A DNA stretch of 64,000 bases from Rebecca billardiae RCC1528 (taxonomy: Eukaryota; Protista; Haptophyta), in the NCBI GenBank assembly GCA_965240325.2, contig OZ251239.1:806001-870000 (forward strand), written 5' to 3'. The position numbers were made by a program, and so were the translations under genes. This document shows, piece after piece, positions 45,246 through 56,888 of this stretch; within the stretch, counting starts at the first letter, position 1, and every line of letters starts with the position of its first letter. Under the pieces are notes generated by a model. The model ran no database searches, was not told the origin of the DNA, and saw only the letters and a program-made list of their open reading frames with translations.

Positions 45246-45545
45246 ATGGCGGCTGAACAGCTCGCGGCGGAGGTCGCCCTCGACAATAGCAAGGCGGCCT
45301 CGAAGGGGCCGGCGGAGCTGTCCGAAGGGGAGCGTGAAAAGTACGAATACCTGCGCGATGCGCTCATGCCGACGCTCGGTGGCTCACTCGAGGCGCTCCT
45401 GAGAGAGATGGAGCGGCGGCAACCGCGCGGCCCGAGCGACGCGAAACCTCAGCAGATCTCGCCGCTGAACCCAGTCAACTTCATCGCTGAGCACCTCATG
45501 CGCAACAATCCCAACGCAAATGCCGGCCTCGAGACCTCACAGTAG
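45246..45545 (+). CDS. Small Dpy-30/RIIa-type dimerization-docking domain protein (EFCAB5-like DD)
   Basis: YLRDALMPTLGGSLEALL ... LNPVNFIAEHLMRNNP. Confidence 0.7.
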   Translation: MAAEQLAAEVALDNSKAASKGPAELSEGEREKYEYLRDALMPTLGGSLEALLREMERRQPRGPSDAKPQQISPLNPVNFIAEHLMRNNPNANAGLETSQ

Positions 45546-46487
45546 GCGCGGTCCTCTCGTTCGCTCGCGCGAGTGGCGCCTGCACGCCGCGAGGTGCTCG
45601 CGGCTGCCGCTGTCGATCCATGGATTCGGAGCGTGGCGATTGCACCGCGATGGCGCATTGGCGCAGTGGCATCAGGGGCTCGGTGAGTTGACCAAGCCGT
45701 TGCAGTGGCTACGCATGGCACGACATCACCCTTCTGAGCTGAGCGGGTCTGATCGCCCTCATGGAGCCCTGAGGCCACCAGCAGCCAGTACCGCCCAGTG
45801 CGGGCAATATGGCTTCGCAAGCGCGACGCCGGCCCTGGCCCGGCGCGGCCCGCCATCCACTGCAATACTCAGTACCAACGCCAGCCGCCACACGCCCAGC
45901 CAGCAGGTCACCCGGATCCGAGGCGTGACGGGCCTGGCCCCTGGGCCCGAGTGCCAGCCGGCCGGCTCGCGCGGATTCGGCGGTCCGAGCTTCGAGGCCC
46001 GCCAGTGAGCCGGCTGCCAGCTCGCGGGGGCTCAGGCTCAGCACGCGCGGGCTGGCCAGGGTAGGACTACAGGCTTCGGCAGCCGCTCTCTGATCACCCG
46101 GAGCCCAAATAAGGGGAATGTTTTCGCCATCAAGGCCCGCACGCGCTCGATCAGACGAATATATATATATAATCTCATACTAATAATTATAATAATATAA
46201 TATATCAGCCGCGACGATGACGATCTGACTGAATTGAATTGTACAACATCTAGTAAGCTCAAAGCGCAGCCCGAGTTCGGACGACGACGTTTTGTGGACG
46301 ACGGTGGGGCGAGGACGACGGTGGGGCGAGGCGGCCGCAGCCCTCATCCAGGCCTCACAGGCCTGGATGAACGAATCTTCCGACGGTGCTACCATCGGCA
46401 TCATCGGCATCGGCGACGGCTTCATGGGCGCGGTGACAGTTGGCGGGCGTCAATCTCTCCTGCCTGAGCTGTGTGCGTCTCTTATTC

Positions 46488-48820
46488 TGCTGAGGTGGAA
46501 CGGGTGCCTGCTGGTCAATCTCCTCAGCCGGCGTCCCGCTCCCACTCACGTTCTCATTCCCTGGCCCGACCCCCGGCGCCGCACGCGGCCTCGGCGGCGG
46601 GCGCGGCGGCTGCGCGGCAGTGGCACGTGGAATGATCTTCTACATCGGTCGGTCGAAGTCAAGTCAAGGGCAAAGCAGGCGACGAGCTGATCAGGGCTGA
46701 ACTGATGAAAGCCGATGAGCACGCGGAGCGAAATCTGTTCGGTGAGTTCCCGCCTTCGGTACATATTCAGCCATTGTCCACGTAATCGCTCGCGCGCCTT
46801 CGTGTACCCATAAATCACGCAAATCCCAAAATAATATCTCTGGAGGGAATCGTAACGATATAGTACCAAAATGCCCGCCAAAACACCGAGCTGCGAGAAT
46901 CTCGAGTCCGGGAGTGAATCCAGGGCTGCTCTGACGTCATCCCGGTACCCATCTCCGGACTCGGAGTCACAAACTGCGGCTCGATGGTGCGAATTGATGA
47001 AATGCATCGATGAAATATCTTCCCATAGCCCGTGGTAAATCACGGAAATGAATAGGCACAAATCAGCATGGAGTCGCCATTAAATCGGCCAACTTACCAG
47101 CCCCACCCGCTCAAGTGCCGGAGATGATGACGCAGCGGAGGTACGCAGAGTGTACCAAAAACGCCGCCGAAAAATTCCCGTCACCATCAGCGCAGCTTGC
47201 GGTTGTGCTCCGTAATCGCCGGCTGCCAATTTTCCCAAGAAGGCCAGCCAAACAGGATGCCAGCAAATCGTTTGTGCAGCGCCTCCGGCAGCGACCTCGT
47301 GAGCGCACCCGCGGGCATGTCAATGGCACGTCCATGCAGGAGCCGCATCCAGGCGCGACGCCGCGTTCTTGCCGTCGCTCGTCATGGTCTGGTTGCCGCC
47401 GTGCGCCCCGCCGCCGAGCGCCGCCGTCGCCGTCGGTGCCGAAATGATGGCGCGCCGCCGCCGCCGGGCGCACCGTGCGCGCGCCCACCGTCTGCTGTGC
47501 CGCCTGCTGCGCCCTCGCCGCGGTCGTCGGTGCCGAAATGTGGGCTGCCCCGCCGCGGCCGCCGCGCGCCCCGTCGCCGAGCGCCGCCGTCGCCGTTGGT
47601 TCCGAAATGATGGCCCCGCCGCCGCCGCCGGGGGCCGAAATGTTGGCTCCGCCGCCGACGCCGGGCTTAGCTGTCGGTGCCGAATTGATGGCGCGCCGCC
47701 ACCGCCCGCCGCACCGGGCGCGCGCCCCACCGTCTGCTGCGCCGCCTGCTGCGCCCCCGCCGCGGTCGTCGATGCCGAATGTTGGCTGTCCCGCCGCCGC
47801 CGCCGCCGCCGCGCGGTCGCGCGGCGCCGCGCCGCCGCCGCCGCCGCCGCGCGCCGTTGGAGCCGAAACGATGGCTCCGCCGCCGACGCCGGGCTGCTGC
47901 GGCTGCACCGCGTTCATGATCTCCACGCTTTGCTGCTGCAGCGCCTGCATGTTCGCGATCACCGCGTCCACCGAGTTCTGCAGCGCGTTCGCTTGCTGCT
48001 CCATGCTCGAAATCTTCGCCTGGTTCGCGATCACCTGCTGGTTCTCCTGCTGGTTACGGCCGAGGAGGGCGTTGAGGTCGATCCCATCGTTCTCGTCCGC
48101 CACAGCCGGCACGTTCTCGTCGTCCTCAGGTTCGTTGTTCCCCGCGTGGACCGTCTCCGCGCGCTGCGTCGTCGGTTCGCCTTCGCGCGCGCCGTCCGTC
48201 GGGGTCCCGGCTGTCCCCCCATGCTGAGGTGGAACGGGTGCCTGCTGGTCAATCTCCTCAGCCGGCGTCCCGCTCCCACTCACGTTCTCATTCCCTGGCC
48301 CGACCCCCGGCGCCGCACGCGGCCTCGGCGGCGGGCGCGGCGGCATGGCACGTGGAAATCTACATCGGTCGGTCGAAGTCAAGTCAAGGGCAAAGCAGGC
48401 GACGAGCTGATCAGGGCTGAACTGATGAAAGCCGATGTAGCACGCGGAGCGAAATCTGTTCGGTGAGTTCCCGCCTTAGGTACATATTCAAGCCATTGTC
48501 CACGTAATCGCTCGCGCGCCTTCGTGTACCCATAAATCACGCAAATCCCAAATAATATCTCTGGAGGGAATCGTAACGATATAGTACCAAAATGCCCGCC
48601 AAAACACCGAGCTGCGAGAATCTCGAGTCCGGGAGTGAATCCAGGGCTGCTCTGACGTCATCCCGGTACCCATCTCCGGACTCGGAGTCACAAACTGCGG
48701 CTCGATGGTGCGAATTGATGAAATGCATCGATGAAATATCTTCCCATAGCCCGTGGTAAATCACGGAAATGAATAGGCACAAATCAGCATGGAGTCGCCA
48801 TTAAATCGGCCAACTTACCA
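46488..48820 (-). mobile_element. Non-autonomous LTR retroelement: LTRs 48222-48820 and 46488-47099, 5-bp TSD TATTC
   Basis: Both LTRs are TG...CA. TATTC at 46483-46487 and 48821-48825. Minus-strand PBS TGGGGGGACAGCCGGGA directly after the 5' LTR; purine tract GAGCGGGTGGGGC before the 3' LTR; no pol. Confidence 0.9.
47111..48346 (-). CDS. Gag-like coiled-coil ORF of the LTR element (starts inside the 5' LTR; probably degenerate)
   Basis: QQVIANQAKISSMEQQANALQNSVDAVIANMQALQQQ coiled coil, then GGGAIISAPT-type repeats. Confidence 0.45.
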   Translation of the reverse strand: MPPRPPPRPRAAPGVGPGNENVSGSGTPAEEIDQQAPVPPQHGGTAGTPTDGAREGEPTTQRAETVHAGNNEPEDDENVPAVADENDGIDLNALLGRNQQENQQVIANQAKISSMEQQANALQNSVDAVIANMQALQQQSVEIMNAVQPQQPGVGGGAIVSAPTARGGGGGGAAPRDRAAAAAAAGQPTFGIDDRGGGAAGGAADGGARARCGGRWRRAINSAPTAKPGVGGGANISAPGGGGGAIISEPTATAALGDGARGGRGGAAHISAPTTAARAQQAAQQTVGARTVRPAAAARHHFGTDGDGGARRRGARRQPDHDERRQERGVAPGCGSCMDVPLTCPRVRSRGRCRRRCTNDLLASCLAGLLGKIGSRRLRSTTASCADGDGNFSAAFLVHSAYLRCVIISGT

Positions 48821-49190
48821 TATTCTTAGTAAACTGCATGTATGCACTATACACTGCCACAATAATATATTAGCGGTACTATGCTGTGCGGTACCGCGGC
48901 CCGCGCTGGCCGAGCCGTTGCCAGCGCGGGCACTCGCGACTCGTCTCCCACTCTCAGTCCACCCTGACTCCCAAGCGGCGCGCTCCCAGGCGACGCGCGC
49001 GCCCTCGTGGCGCTGGATGCCGCGGCAAGGCAGGCAGCGACCCGGGTGGCGGCGTGGTGGGCAGGGCGGCGGTGGCGGTGGTGGCCCAGCCCCGCCATTG
49101 TGTCAAGCCGTGTGCCCACACGGCACGGGCGTGGGCGTGGGATGAGTGCATCGGTGCTCGAGCAGGGCACGCCCAGGGCGGCAAGCAGAT

Positions 49191-49336
49191 TGGTAAGATG
49201 ACGAAGCGTTTTACCGCTGCGCCACCAGAGTCGGATGAGACCCAGTACGTTATGGTAAGATGACGAAGCGTTTTACCGCTGCGCCACCAGAGTCGACTCT
49301 GGTGGCGCAGCGGTAAAACGCTTCGTCATCTTACCA
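49191..49336. mobile_element. 146-bp miniature inverted-repeat element, TG...CA ends, 5-bp TSD CAGAT
   Basis: 42-bp unit TGGTAAGATGACGAAGCG...CAGAGTC at 49191 and 49253, inverted at 49295-49336; CAGAT at 49186-49190 and 49337-49341. Confidence 0.8.
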
Positions 49337-49369
49337 CAGATAGTCAAGGCACGGCGGGCGCATCTGCTG

Positions 49370-49423
49370 TGGTACGTTGACGAAGCGTTCTGCCACTACG
49401 CCACAAGAGTCGTCAGCTTACCA
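49370..49423. mobile_element. 54-bp related mini-element with imperfect 14-bp TIR
   Basis: TGGTACGTTGACGA...TCGTCAGCTTACCA; flanks TGCTG/TCCTG (4/5 match). Confidence 0.6.
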
Positions 49424-49674
49424 TCCTGCGACTGGACATCAACTGAACAGCGAGTAACGATAACGAGCATTTGCGAATCGCCAGCGTGGGCGGCTGTCCA
49501 GCTGCTAGACGATATGTGTGCATGAGGCGTCTAGACCGACGCCCCGTGGTCTTGTGTGTGCGGCGGCGCGGCGGCATGAGTTGCGCCCACCAACGCCGCG
49601 GACTGGAGGAAGGAGAGCATCGCCGTGACCAACGTTGCGACCGCTGCCTGTACAGTTTAGCTTCGCCCTTGCCT

Positions 49675-52600
49675 TCATCTCATCAAGGGCGCACACATCC
49701 GGTCGACATGCGCCAGAAAGTGGCCGAACGCACCGCATACACGCTGCAGCTGCTCTTCGGTCACGCCATGCGTGAGGTTGATGGCGCCCTCGCTCTGCCT
49801 GGGGTCGTGAATGCACACCGGGGCGCGGCCTTGCGTCGCGCTCCTGGTGGCCAAGCCTGCCGCGCGCGTTTGTGCGCGGGGCGGGCGCACGCGAGCGTCT
49901 TGGGTCAGTCAGCCTTTGGGGAGATGCGTAGGGCTGGCCACGCACATCGGCCTGGCAACCGGTGACGGTGACCCGCGCACCTCGGTGAATACACAGCGAG
50001 TGCTGCAGGAAGAACGCCGGCGTGGCGAACCAGCGCGCGGCCCTGATGATCGCCCCCGATAGGTCCACCGGCTCCGAGCGCAGGACATGCCGCAGGAACG
50101 TCCCAACGAGTGCGATCGTCGCCCCCATCGGTAAGATGTGGTGGACATCTGCGCTCACATCGAGTGGGAGGGAGAGGTGTGGCGTGTTTGCATGGTGCCG
50201 GCGTCCGTCCCACACTGAACATTCAACCACAGTACCCCTCACGGGCACGATCGCGCGTGCGGCATGCGCGCGGGCCCATACCGTGCGCTTGGAGCAAGCA
50301 CTGCATGTAGATCAGCATCGGGCGGAAGACCACGGGAAACTCCTCCCTCAGCGCGCAGAACTGCAGAGGATCGCATCGCCAAACGCGCATACGCGCCATA
50401 CGCCGGGTCGGTAGTCAGCGTATTATGGTCAGTCAGAAAGCCGACGAAAGACAGGCTGCGTGCAGATCGGGTGCGAGGCATGTGCGCAGGCGCTGCATAC
50501 CTCACTCACGAGCTGCGCATCGAAGTTGTCGGCAGGGCATCCAACGACCTCGATGTGCAGCGTCGCGTCCGCCTGCTCGCCATCGCCGCCGAGGCAGAAT
50601 GAGGCGGAGATGTAGCGCGTGGAACGAGAGGGCGTGCGAGGGCGCATGTCGCATGGCCATCTGTGTGAAGCACAGGGGGAGCAAACGCCCAGTAGGTGAA
50701 AATTGCGCTCGCCGATGGGGCAGCAACGCGGGTTTGCAGCAGCACCACGTTGAGGGGGCGGCACGGGCGGCGCGCACGCACTTGCAGATATCCGCCCGCG
50801 TGCATGCGTGGCCTTGCTGCAGGGTTTCGCAGATCTGCAGGAGCAGAGAATTCGCTGTCTCGCACGGCTCTGCCGCGTCCGCGCCATGCTCGGGACTGGC
50901 CGCGGCGAGATTGTGCTGCAGCGGAAGCTCGACAATGATGTGCATCGGATCGGCGTCCACCGCGATGTCCATCGCCCATGGTCCGACCACCACGAGTTCC
51001 GCCTGCGGTGAGAGCTGTGCGACTGCTTCGTTGAGCAGACCAGCACAATGTTGGTGCGCGTGCTTGGCACCGGCAGAGGCGCTGGCAGCGAGTACCTCGA
51101 GCCTCAGGGCCTCCTCCCGCAAACCCGGGAGGGCGCATGCGTCGCTCGTCGAATCGTTGACGCCGAGCTGGACCCGGTCCGTGAAGCTGGTAAGGTAATC
51201 GAAGTAGTTTGCGTTGGAAAGCACGCGGCTGCCCTCGGCGAGTGTTGCGGATGCGCAGTCCGCGTTCGACTCGTTGCCCGTCACCCATCCTTCCTCTGGC
51301 AGCCACGCACCCGAGCATGGCGAGCCCACCGACCTGTTCTGACGACGCCCCCGGCGCGTCGACCCGATTCGGCAGGGCTGCGCCGCGCTGGGCTGCGCCA
51401 TCCTTTCCGGCTGCTTGCCGCCCACCGCCTCAGCGCCAGACGCCGCCGTGCGTTTCTGCCGCGCTGAGGATCGGCCCGCGGGCTCCGTCTGCGAGCTTGT
51501 GTCACGGTGGCACGGATGCAGCACGGCCGCGGCCGCTGGAGGCTCGACCCCCACGGCGCCCACACCGTCTGCTGCCGGTGCACTGTCCACGACGAGGGCG
51601 GCCTCGTTACCAGCGGCAAGCATGCCGATCTCCGTTGCTCCGTCGGCTCCGGTGCTCACGCAAGCTGGCCCGTCGCCAGCCTCCGTGCTCCCCCCCAATG
51701 CCTCTGCCGCTAGCGAGTGGACGCTGCGCAGCGCCGCACTGCTGACAGTCTCCGTGTGTGCGGAGGTGAGCGTCGTGTTGCGCAGCTTCGCCGCGTCCTT
51801 TCTGGCCTGCCGCGTCGCGCTGCGGTGTGCGGCCATGAGCTTGCCTCGGATCTCGTTGCATGCGATCAGCCAGATCAGTCGGGAGGCCTGTCGTCGGCAA
51901 CGGCGCCGTCGCGGTCAGTCCAAACACATACGCAGGGTGTGGAAGGTCAGACCGTGGCATCCGCGGTGAATGCCAACGAGGCACGTCGCGCACGTGGGCC
52001 GCGTGCACGTGGGAGCGAGAGCTGGGCGCACGCACCTGCATAATGGCGGCGTGTGCGAGCTCGCACCTCGGCGAGCCCACGAGCTGGGCTGCGTGCTCGC
52101 CGGACGTGAGGGCACTCTCCGCCACGCGACCTCGGACGTGTGCCGCGCGCACTGCTTCGGCGAGGTCCGACGCTTCCAGTGAGGCGTCGCACAGCGCGAC
52201 AAGCTCCTCGATCGCACGCGACACCGCCCCAGGGTCACCCAGCTCGTGCGTCGCCCCGTCGAAGAGGAGCGGGACCTCGTCTTGCGAGACGCACAGGGCT
52301 GCCTGGTCCTTGGTCTGCGTCAGACGCGGGCGCATCGCACGCCCTCCCACCGCCTCGTCGAGCACGAGAAGCCTCACGGCCGTCAGGATCCCGCCAGAGC
52401 TCCACGAGCCGGGCGCATGGCCGCTCGGCGTCGCCAGAACGACGTGCACGGCATCTCGCGCGAGGGCAGGCACCGCCGACGAAGACAGCCCACTCGTGGA
52501 CACGGCCGTCCACACCTTGATGACGACGGCGTCGAGGGACACGCTGCCCGACATCGTCGCGATGGCCTTTTGCGATCCGTGCGCACGCCACCATTGTTCG

Positions 52601-54587
52601 AACTTGCGGGCGGCAGGCGACTGCACAGCGCAGCCGCTGCCGACTGCGTCCGGCGCCGACCGCGGCGTGCCGATGGGCTGCCGCACTGCCTCCGTGATCG
52701 CGTCTGCTGGAGCCGCGGCTGCGCTGGGGAGCAGCCCCACTGCCGAGCGCAGCAGCCTCCACGGAAGCACCACCTCGTCTTCGGGCAGCAACTGCATCAC
52801 GACGGGCCAGGTGGCGTGGGCTGACTTGGCGAGCCTGATCACGTGGCAGCGCCCGAGCCGGGACACGGACGCGCTTTTGAGCGCGCCACATGCGCGCGCG
52901 CGGAAGAAGGCGCGTGCGCCGCCGTGTGCGGCCTGCAACAGTACAGTGACGACGTCATGCGACTCGCCGTCGACGTGCACCTCGATGCGCGGCGCGCACG
53001 ATGCGTTGCCGTCAGCTGCTGGTGGCGTGATGTCGTCTGTGGCAATGCAGATGAACGCCTCGCTCTGGGTCTGCCACGTCTGGATCGAGACTTGGCACAG
53101 CTCGCGCAAGTCCGTCGGCGTGGCGGTCGCAGCAAGCGCCGCGCTGCTGTCGTCGTCAACGCCCTTCTTGTCGCGGGGGCTTGTCCACAGAGCGAGCGCG
53201 CGCGCCGTGCGCGCGCTCTCAAAGTGGACCGCCGCGCGGTCGACGAGCTGCAGGAGGCGGGCGCGGCCGCTGTCCGGTGCGCCTGCCTGCAGGGCCGACG
53301 GCTCCACGAGCAGGGCGCACGCCATGCGGAAGAGGTCGCGCTCTGTGACCAGCCCGTCGAACGCGGGGTGGACGAGGCCAACCTCCGGCCGGGCTGCGAG
53401 CATCGCCCTGTGCACGTACTCGCCGAGCAGCCGCGGCGCGCTGCCGCCGCCGGCCGCGAGCGATGCGCAGGCGAGCGCGAGGTTGACGTTGCAGCCGAGC
53501 ATGGCGCGCGTGGGCGCGTCCAGGTCCAGCCTCTCCTCGAGCAGGGCGAGGACGTGCGCAGCGACGGCCTCCGCGTCGCGCATCGGGCGGGCGGTCCCGA
53601 TCGGCGCCGTGCTCTCCTCACTCTCCTCGATGCCGCGCGCCACCCGGGCGGCGCGCTGCACGCTGGGCGCGAGCAGCCCCGAGACCAGCGCCTCGAGCAG
53701 GTCCTCAGCGCGCTCACGCGCCACCAGGGGGCGGAGCACGCACTCGAGGGGAGACGCGCCGGGCTGCCGGTCCACGCTGTACGCCAGGCGCGAGACCAGC
53801 CGCGCCAGACTGTCGTGCTTGTGCTGCACGGTGCGGAGGAGCGGCCGCACCGCCGGCAGAGCGCTCACACTCAGCGCGCGCAGGACGAGCCGCTCGCGTG
53901 CGCCGCGCGCGCCTTCGTCCGCGCGCGCGGAAGCGCGCATGACGAATCCGTCGAGCACGCTCTCGGGTACGATGTGTTCGGCTCCGCACTCAGCCGTATG
54001 CCGAAGCGCTGCCGATCCGCCGCGGGGTATGGGCAAGGGCGAGGCGTGAGAGATTGCGCGCGCGCCGGCGCGAGCCGCACGTGTGCGCATGCGCATGCGC
54101 GACGCAGAATGCGCTGCGTGCACACGCCGGCGAGACGCGCACGTCGCGCGCACCGATGGATGCCATGAGCTGCGCCTCAAGTAGCAGCCCTCGGCAGTCG
54201 AGCCCGTTCACGGCGCGCAGCAGCCGCTCGGCGCAGACCGCAATGTCGTCGAGCCCGCGCGCCTCCGAGTCGAGGCGCGCGCGTAGGGCAGCCTCGAACG
54301 CGTCGAGCGCGTCGAGCGCGTCGGAGATCTTGCGCTCATCTGCTCACGCGCGCACAATGCACGCGCGTCGGCCCGCGCGAGACACCGTCATCGGCTACGC
54401 CCGTGCGCTGCGCGCGCACCTGTGAGCGAGCTGCCTCGCGGAAGCGCGCGCACGCGCGCAGCGCCGCGCAGCCTGGGCGTGGAGCCAGCGGGCATCCCGG
54501 CCCTCGGGCTGTCGCCAGAGTCGATTCTGCGCCGCGCAGGTGGCGCGCGCTCCTCCACGGCGCGCACGCACCCTCTTTTTGCGCCAT
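49675..54587 (-). CDS. Large multi-exon protein: helical N-terminus, CS/p23-like domain, C-terminal degenerate Trf4/TUTase-like nucleotidyltransferase fold
   Basis: TWQTQSEAFICI...HVIRLAKSAHATWP (CS-like); LSPQAELVVVGPWAMDIAVDADPMHIIV and VCIHDPRQ..NLTHGV..RVCGAF (PAP/OAS-like). Exon structure only approximate. Confidence 0.5.
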
Positions 54588-55175
54588 CTGCGCGCGAGAT
54601 GGCATGACGCGCGAGCGCGGTTGGCTTTCGCGCGCTCGATCCGAGCGGCCGCCGCTTGGCGCGAAAAAAAGCTGCTGGATGATTGAAGGCCCATGATTGA
54701 ACCCCCTTGGATGGCCATAGTGAGATTTTAGCATGAGATTTGCTGGAGTGAGCAGAAGTCCGGAGCCATCTCTCATCCAGAGTCCGGATGGGTCATGGGT
54801 GGTCGTCACAATTATTGCCGAGTGAGCTCTTGGCCTTGTCAGTGGCCACCACCCGACTCTCCCGTAATCAGACGGTAAGTGTGTGTATATAGAGAGTGTG
54901 ACGATGACGGCGCGTGTGATGATGTGGCGCTGCCTAGCGCCCGAGACGGCGGGGGCCAGGCGGCCAGCTAGGCGTCGGGCCGCCGCCGGCGCATCGGACG
55001 ACCCAGCCCCAGACCGCGCCGGTGGTGCGGCGCGCCGCAGGCCGCACGCAGCGCCGAGGGACCGTCGGCCCCACGCCACGCGCGCCGCCGATCGCAGCCA
55101 GCTGGCGGGGGCGCGCGCGGCTTCGACGAGCGTCCGCGCCCACCAGCAGCGCGGCGAGCCGCGGCATCGCCGCGC

Positions 55176-56652
55176 TCAGCCCGTTTTGATGCGCCGGCCG
55201 ATCTGCGCTTTGTAGCCGGCCGTGATGGCGGCGACCGAGCGCCTCGCGCCGCAGTTGTTGCACTGCATGAAGTAGAGCCGGTTCTCCTTGTGCAGGTCGG
55301 TGTCGGGGCTCTTGCAGCTCGAGCACATCACGTACTCCGAGACGTACTTGCGGATCACGTGCTCGACGGCCTTGGGCTGGAAGCGGCCCTTGATCACCAT
55401 CCGGTTGCTCCCGTCGATCGAGCCGGTCGTGCCGAGCTCGGCGAGCATGAAGTTGAACACGTGCTCGCCCGTGCGCCGCATCGCCTTGCAGATCTCGGGG
55501 AAGTTGATGAAGACGACCTTCTTCGCGCCGTCGCGCACCACCTGCGGCGGCTTCATCACGAACCGCTTGCGGTCGCCCGCGAGCTCCGGGTTGTTCGCGT
55601 GCAGCAGCTGGAACATGCGCTGCAGCAGCTCCTCGTACTTGTAGTCGCGCTCGACGCCGCCAATGTTGATGTGCGTGCCCGCGACCGCAGGCGTCTCGCC
55701 CTCGAACGTCACGCCCATGTCGTCGCCGTCCTCCGCGCCGGCGGGCAGCGGGATGTCGGCGCCGTCGTCGTCCCCCATCCCGTCCTCGCCGTCCTCGTCG
55801 TCGTCGTCCGTCTTCTTCTTCTTCTTCTTCTTCTGCGCGGCGCAGCGGCGCCGCGCAGCGCGCGGCATGGCGCGGAGACGCGCGGGGTCGGCCGCCCGCC
55901 TCCAGGCCTCGCGCGCGCCCGCACGGCGCACGGGCGTGCGCAGTGCGGGCACATGGCGCGCCGCGCGGCACGGCGGGGCACGCACCTTCTTCTTCGCCCC
56001 GAGGTCGAAGCCGTCGCCGTCCTCGTCTCCCGCGTCCGCATCCCCCGCGTCGGCGTCCTCAGCGGCGGCAGCGGCGCCGTCCTCGTCCTCGTCCGTCTTC
56101 TTCTTGCCGCCCTTCTTCTTCTTCTTCAGCTTGAGGCTCAGCTCGGCGTCGTCGTCGCCGTCGCCGCCATCGCCCGCATCCTCGTCCTTCTCCTTCGAAG
56201 GCGCCTCGGCGCCGGCGTCCTCCTCGCCCGCGGTGGCCGCAGGCTTCTTCTTCTGCGCACACGGCACGCCACGCGCCGCGCGCACAGAGCACGCGGGCGG
56301 TGCGCGCATGAGCACCCGCACGCGCAGACGTGGCGCGCCATGGGCGCACGCGCGCAGCGCGGGGTGGTGTGCGCAGGTGCGCAGGCGCAATGGCGCACCT
56401 TCTGCGCGCGTGACCCGTCGCGCGTCCGTCGTGCATCGGTGGGGCAGCCCAGCGCGACGCGAGCGCCGCCGCGCGCGCGGGGGAGCAGCGACGCGACACT
56501 CAGGCACCGCGGCTGCTGGCACCACACCCGCGCGCGCCGGCTCGGCGGGACGGTTGGGTTGGCGCGCGCGGCACACATCCGCGCGCACGACGCACCTTCT
56601 TCTTCATGCCCAGGTCGAACGTCTCGGGCAGCTCATCGCCGTCGTCGGCCAT
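55176..56652 (-). CDS. EIF2S2: Translation initiation factor eIF2 subunit beta
   Basis: Three poly-Lys boxes, DYKYEELL, KPPQV, FMLAELGTTGSIDG, KGRF, C4 zinc finger CSSC...CNNC; introns 56595-56253 and 55985-55833. Confidence 0.96.
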
Positions 56653-56888
56653 GGTGGCACGCGTGGATGGCGACTGGGCGTGTCCCAGTGTCCGCCTGAC
56701 CGCCTCACGTCGACTGCTCACCACCCGGCACGATGGCGGCCACTGAACCTGGTCCGGGCTCAAGGGAAACTCGTTCCCGGATGCACAGCTGTGGCCTGCG
56801 AGTTTGAGCTGGCTCAGGCTCTCAAGAGCTGCACAGCCTGCGCTGCTTGCGCGCGCGCGGGCGGTCGCACACTTTCGGCCCGCCCGGT

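Noticed and set aside
49295-49336. tRNA gene
   Set aside because: Only an A-box-like 5' half; no anticodon or T arm and no cloverleaf
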